Source: Arcobacteraceae bacterium | GTDB lineage: Bacteria > Campylobacterota > Campylobacteria > Campylobacterales > Arcobacteraceae | Direction: 5' to 3' | Assembly: GCA_963662945.1 (NCBI GenBank) | Contig: OY759974.1 | Span: 1,056,001-1,120,000, forward strand | DNA length: 64,000 nt | Position numbers and translations under genes: made by a program | The notes under the pieces: model-generated | The model's input: only the letters and a program-made list of their open reading frames with translations | Database searches by the model: none | What the model was told of the DNA's origin: nothing | Shown here: positions 59,374 through 64,000 of the stretch, piece after piece | How positions within the stretch are numbered: position 1 is the stretch's first letter | How the letters are laid out: each line of letters begins with the position of its first letter

Positions 59374-60255
59374 TTAATCTTCTACAATGATACCATTATT
59401 ATCAAAATCACAAATAAGAATCTTAAAATGTGGAAAGTTCTCTTCAAGTTTTTTTACCAATCGCGGTGCATCTTTATTATACGCCATATTAAAAAATGTT
59501 GAACCACTTCCAGAAAGAGTACTCATCAAAGCACCATTACGTAAAGCTACTTTTTGTACTGCAAATAATTCTGGCATCTGCTTCATTCTATAGTATTGAT
59601 GAAATCTATCTTTTGAAGCTTTTTTCAACATTCGCCAATCTTCAGACATAAATGCTGCTGTTAAAAGAGAACTATGTGAAATATTAAATATTGCATCTTC
59701 TTTACTATATTTAAAAGGCAATGCTTTTCTTGAAAGATTTGTTGAAATTGGTCTGTTTGGTATGACAACTACGGCTTTTAATGTATTTGGAATATCTTTT
59801 TTTATAAAATAAACCTCATTCTCATGTATGGTTGCCACTGTAAAACCACCCATAACTGCTGGTGTGATATTATCAGGATGAGACTCATAACTTAATGCCA
59901 AATTTAAAAGCTTTTTATCTTGTAACTCAATACCTTCAATAGCATAAGCTGAAGCAATTGCACTAATAATAACAGCACTACTACTTCCTAAACCTCTTGA
60001 CAATGGTATTGCATTTTGAAATTCAAATCGAAACTGTTGTTTATTACTTGATAAATTTTGATGAAAATCATTAAAAGTTGAGATAAACATATTGTTATCT
60101 TTTAATTTTGGATTATTTGCGCCTTCTCCTTTTAATGATACACTATGAAATTTAGCTGGTTTAATAACAACTTCATTTCTAATGTCTAACGCCAATCCTA
60201 AGGTATCAAAACCTGGTCCTAAATTAGCACTTGTAGCTGGTACACTTATTTTCAT
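59374..60255 (-). CDS. thrB: Homoserine kinase
   Basis: [26 protein letters not shown] and LSGSG. Confidence 0.97.
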   Translation of the reverse strand: MKISVPATSANLGPGFDTLGLALDIRNEVVIKPAKFHSVSLKGEGANNPKLKDNNMFISTFNDFHQNLSSNKQQFRFEFQNAIPLSRGLGSSSAVIISAIASAYAIEGIELQDKKLLNLALSYESHPDNITPAVMGGFTVATIHENEVYFIKKDIPNTLKAVVVIPNRPISTNLSRKALPFKYSKEDAIFNISHSSLLTAAFMSEDWRMLKKASKDRFHQYYRMKQMPELFAVQKVALRNGALMSTLSGSGSTFFNMAYNKDAPRLVKKLEENFPHFKILICDFDNNGIIVED

Positions 60256-60277
60256 TTTATTCCTTAAATTTTATTAT

Positions 60278-60748
60278 TTATACTGCAGGTAGATGATAAT
60301 TAGGTAAAGTATCTTCACTAAATGATATGTTAGATATATCATTTGGGAGTTTAAAATCTTTTAACTCTTCTAAATCTTCTATAAAATCTATAGTTATTTT
60401 ATCATCTTGTCCATTAAAAAAATATTTTTTGCCTAAAGCCTTAATTGGACTATTATCATTAAATACAAATCCACTCACTGCTTTTAATGGTATTTTTTTC
60501 GTAATTGATAATGTTTTTAAAAAGATATATGATATTTTAATAGCCATATAACTTCCTGGTCCATTTGCATAATAAATATTTGAAATAGTATATTTTTGTA
60601 ATAATTCATCAAAAATTAAAGGAAGTACATCACTTGTTTTTCCTTCATTTTGAATTGAATCAATTAAGACATTATTTTCATAAATTCCAATTAGTATTGG
60701 AGATGAAATTGATACAACAACAATAGATACAGTCACTTTATTTTCCAA
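60278..60748 (-). CDS. tsaB: Short TsaB-like t6A biosynthesis protein
   Basis: YANGPGSYMAIK, C-terminal LPNY.LPAV and conserved position. Confidence 0.75.
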   Translation of the reverse strand: MENKVTVSIVVVSISSPILIGIYENNVLIDSIQNEGKTSDVLPLIFDELLQKYTISNIYYANGPGSYMAIKISYIFLKTLSITKKIPLKAVSGFVFNDNSPIKALGKKYFFNGQDDKITIDFIEDLEELKDFKLPNDISNISFSEDTLPNYHLPAV

Positions 60749-60754
60749 ACTCTC

Positions 60755-61654
60755 TTATACTGTCGCGTACGCTTTTTGAATAGCTTTTACTTGATCTTTT
60801 TCCTCTTCTAAATCAACAATCTCATAATTTTCTGTTGACTCTAAAAGCTTTTTCGTTAAAAGATGATTTAAATGATGACTGCCTGCATGAGCGTTATATT
60901 CGCCTATCATCGTATACCCTAGTAATGACATATCTCCAATAGCATCAAGAATTTTATGTCTTACAAATTCATCATCATATCTCAATCCTTCAGGATTAAT
61001 TATTTTTTGATCATCAAGTACAATTGCATTATCTAAGCTTCCACCTTGTGCTAAACCAATACTACGTAAATATTGTACTTCATGTAAAAAACCAAATGTT
61101 CTTGCACGACTTATATTCTCTTTATACTCTTCAACAGAATAGTCAAAATTAAAATGTTGTTCTCCAATGGCAGGATGTTCAAAATTGATAGAGAAATCAT
61201 ATATTATATGGTTTGAAGGTTTAAGTTTCACAAATTTATTATCAACTTTTACCTCAATCTCTTTTTTTACACGAATTGCTTTTTTGCTTTTTTCTTGTTC
61301 ACGAATTCCTACTTCATCTAAAAGCATACAAAAACCACTGCTACTTCCATCTAAAATTGGTATCTCATCATTGTCAAGAACTACTCTTAGATTATCAATA
61401 CCATAAGCATAAATAGCAGATAAAAGATGTTCAATAGTTGAAATTACAACATTATCTTTCCCTATTACTGTTGCCATTTTTGTATCTATTACATTCTCTG
61501 GTTTTAAAGGAATAGATATAGCTTCATCAGATCTATAAAAAACTATTCCCATATCATCATCAAGTGGCTCTAGTCTCATTTTTACAGGTACACCTTTGTG
61601 CAAACCTATACCAACAATCTCAACCTCTTTTTTTATTGTTCTTTGTTTCATCAT
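60755..61654 (-). CDS. lpxC: UDP-3-O-acyl-GlcNAc deacetylase
   Basis: KQRT, GIGLH, TIEHLLSA, ARTFGF and HKILDAIGD. Confidence 0.97.
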   Translation of the reverse strand: MMKQRTIKKEVEIVGIGLHKGVPVKMRLEPLDDDMGIVFYRSDEAISIPLKPENVIDTKMATVIGKDNVVISTIEHLLSAIYAYGIDNLRVVLDNDEIPILDGSSSGFCMLLDEVGIREQEKSKKAIRVKKEIEVKVDNKFVKLKPSNHIIYDFSINFEHPAIGEQHFNFDYSVEEYKENISRARTFGFLHEVQYLRSIGLAQGGSLDNAIVLDDQKIINPEGLRYDDEFVRHKILDAIGDMSLLGYTMIGEYNAHAGSHHLNHLLTKKLLESTENYEIVDLEEEKDQVKAIQKAYATV

Positions 61655-63030
61655 TTACCATCTATTAATTTTTTAGCACTTGCCAATACATCTGTAATTC
61701 GTACTTTAATCCAATGATTATCCATCCATTCAATTGGATTTACTTCTACACCTTGTACTAAGGTTCCAAAATGAAGATGATCTCCAAATACAGCACCAGT
61801 TGATCCTGTATTCGCTATTTTTTGATTTGTAACTACCTGATCACCCAATCTAACACTTTGTGAACTTGTATGTGCGTATAATGTAGCTAACCCCATTCCA
61901 TGATCAACAATTAATGTATTTCCATATAATCCTAAATAACCATTAAAAATAACTGTTCCATTATTTGATATTCTTATTGGTGCTTTTTTGACACTTGCCC
62001 AATCAATTCCTAAATGCCAAGCTTCATTTATTTTTTCACCATCTAAATAATAATGTCTTCGCTCCCCATAACCAGCAACTGTTTTAGAACCTCGTAATCT
62101 ATCAAAAGAGTTAATTTTAAAATTATCTATAAATTGGTTATCCAAATATTTTTGAACTGTTTCTTCTATAGTTTTTACATTTTTAGCTCTTAAATCACTA
62201 TTTGAATATAAAAATATATCTCTTACATTTTGTGGTATTGGTTCAAAACTTTGCTCCAATACACTTGCACTAATATTTTTAATAAAGTTTTCACTTAATG
62301 TTATATTGTCAACTTTAATTTTTTTCTTTTGTATATAAAAAGGCACTTTCGTAATTGTTTTATTATTTGCTTTATCTACAGCTACAAGATTTACTCTACT
62401 AAATTCTTCAAAATCTATAGGCCAAGCAATTAGTGCCACATAATAATCTTCTTTATAATATGGAATCAATTTAAACTTTTTTTCATCATTAAATGTTATA
62501 TATGCTTCTTTTAAATTAGCATCTTTTACTTTTACAACTACAACGGCACTTCCACCTCTTTGAATATATCGTGAATTATCAATTACATTTGCAATTGGTT
62601 TTAAAGTATCTATTTTTACATCAATTATTTTAAGAGCTTTATTTCCCTCTAGTAAATTCCATTTACTATTATCAACAACTTCTACTTCTAAACTTGTATC
62701 AATACCCTTATAAAACATATCTAATTTTGGAGGAATAACTTCAATAGACAAATCTTTTTTCACATCAGCTAAAACTTCTTGATTTAAAACAATACTTTTT
62801 TGTCCATCTCTAAAAGTGACTTTATAATATTTAATTCCACTTTCATCTCTTAAATCTATTTTTATAGGTGATTTTAAATTCCAGTAAATACTATCAGCAG
62901 AGATAATTTGTGGCTTATTTTGTTCAAAAGCAGGAGAAAGGTACACATATCCTCCAGCAACTAATACAACAATCAATAATAAACCAAATATAATACCGAA
63001 TGGCCCTCTTTTTTTCTCTTTAAATTTCAA
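61651..63030 (-). CDS. M23 family metallopeptidase
   Basis: HLGID, YGN, LYAH and GDHLHF. Confidence 0.92.
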   Translation of the reverse strand: MKFKEKKRGPFGIIFGLLLIVVLVAGGYVYLSPAFEQNKPQIISADSIYWNLKSPIKIDLRDESGIKYYKVTFRDGQKSIVLNQEVLADVKKDLSIEVIPPKLDMFYKGIDTSLEVEVVDNSKWNLLEGNKALKIIDVKIDTLKPIANVIDNSRYIQRGGSAVVVVKVKDANLKEAYITFNDEKKFKLIPYYKEDYYVALIAWPIDFEEFSRVNLVAVDKANNKTITKVPFYIQKKKIKVDNITLSENFIKNISASVLEQSFEPIPQNVRDIFLYSNSDLRAKNVKTIEETVQKYLDNQFIDNFKINSFDRLRGSKTVAGYGERRHYYLDGEKINEAWHLGIDWASVKKAPIRISNNGTVIFNGYLGLYGNTLIVDHGMGLATLYAHTSSQSVRLGDQVVTNQKIANTGSTGAVFGDHLHFGTLVQGVEVNPIEWMDNHWIKVRITDVLASAKKLIDGK

Positions 63031-63078
63031 TTTTATTCCTTCATAATTTATAATATTTGATTCATTTTACCATAATTA

Positions 63079-64000
63079 TCATTTAGACTTTATATAGTGT
63101 AATTGTTTGTAACCATCTTTTCTTTTTTTATAGCTACTTAAAGCAAAAGGATTTTGAATATCTAGAATATCTATTGCTAAACAATCACTCCCACCTCTTC
63201 CTATTCTTCCAAGATATTGCACGAGTCTTCCATAATATGATATAGGTGTTGCAAATATGATTGTATCTAAATGTGGAAAATCAATTCCTTCTCCAAAATA
63301 AGAAGTTGTAGCTATTACTAAAGATGCATTATTCACTTTTTCCATATTTTCTTTTTGATCATTTTTATTCAAACTTCCATGAATAGATATATACTCTATT
63401 TTTTTTGATTTTAATAACAATTCTAAATTATCAATATGTTCTATTCTATCTGTTAAAACTAGTATTTTTCTATTTTTATATTGTATAATTTGCTCTATAA
63501 TAAGATTATTCCGTTTATCATCATTCACTATTTCATTGAGTAAGTCTGAAAAATTATCCGCATTACTCACAAAGTCTGTTTCTACTATTTTTAATTTATT
63601 TGTATATACTTTTTGACTTTTTACTTCATACGCTATTGAACCTAACTGTTGATAAATCAAAGGCTCCATTCCATCTTTTCTATTTGGTGTAGCACTCAAT
63701 CCTAAAATATATTTTCCACAGAATTGCTTAATGATTTTTTCAAAGGTTAATGCTGGTATATGGTGACATTCATCTACTATGACAAATGAATAGTTTTTAA
63801 TTACTTCTAAATTGTTTTTCAAACTTTGCATTGTTGCCACATCAATAGAGTTATTTAGTTTATTTTGTCCTTTTCCTAAATATCCAATATCTTTTTTTGA
63901 ATATCCAAAATAATTCACAAATCTTTCAATCCATTGATCTAGCAACATATTTTTATTTACTATTACAAGAGTATTTGCTTTTCGAATCTCAATCATTTTT
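63079..64000 (-). CDS. SF2 DEAD/DEAH-box helicase (ResIII/XPB-like), partial
   Basis: VDECHH, GLSATP.RKDG, GEGID and QYLGRIGR. The N-terminus lies beyond the window. Confidence 0.85.
   Translation of the reverse strand, partial: KMIEIRKANTLVIVNKNMLLDQWIERFVNYFGYSKKDIGYLGKGQNKLNNSIDVATMQSLKNNLEVIKNYSFVIVDECHHIPALTFEKIIKQFCGKYILGLSATPNRKDGMEPLIYQQLGSIAYEVKSQKVYTNKLKIVETDFVSNADNFSDLLNEIVNDDKRNNLIIEQIIQYKNRKILVLTDRIEHIDNLELLLKSKKIEYISIHGSLNKNDQKENMEKVNNASLVIATTSYFGEGIDFPHLDTIIFATPISYYGRLVQYLGRIGRGGSDCLAIDILDIQNPFALSSYKKRKDGYKQLHYIKSK

Overview
A very AT-rich, gene-dense chromosomal segment from a Campylobacterota bacterium, most likely Arcobacteraceae (inferred from gene order and protein style). 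Most of it is housekeeping: rpsB-tsf, hisHA, ileS, murE, ftsH/prmA, the lpxC-tsaB-thrB-ylxR-infB-rbfA-rimP operon and an 8-tRNA cluster. The left third is respiratory: cbb3 oxidase ccoNOQP with accessory genes, ccoI/ccoS, hemH, a monoheme cytochrome c553 and a tandem triheme paralogue. A ~6.5 kb block (TauE, a MqnK/MenK-like radical SAM enzyme, two NifB/NifX proteins, cydAB, DUF4492, a DUF134 regulator) sits inside the cco accessory cluster and carries a repeated palindromic candidate operator. The best candidate for an undescribed system is 14832-18169: three FlgO-domain envelope proteins around a Sec-exported 401-aa protein whose motifs recall proteobacterial S-layer/cell-surface proteins, with no flagellar genes nearby. 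Other highlights are a candidate ~60-nt sRNA with an anti-Shine-Dalgarno loop behind OmpR-type direct repeats, a 103-bp strand-asymmetric hairpin between infB and rbfA, and two small membrane ORFs missed by the ORF track. I saw no transposase, integrase, prophage or CRISPR array. All family calls come from reading motifs by eye and from memory; no database search was run.
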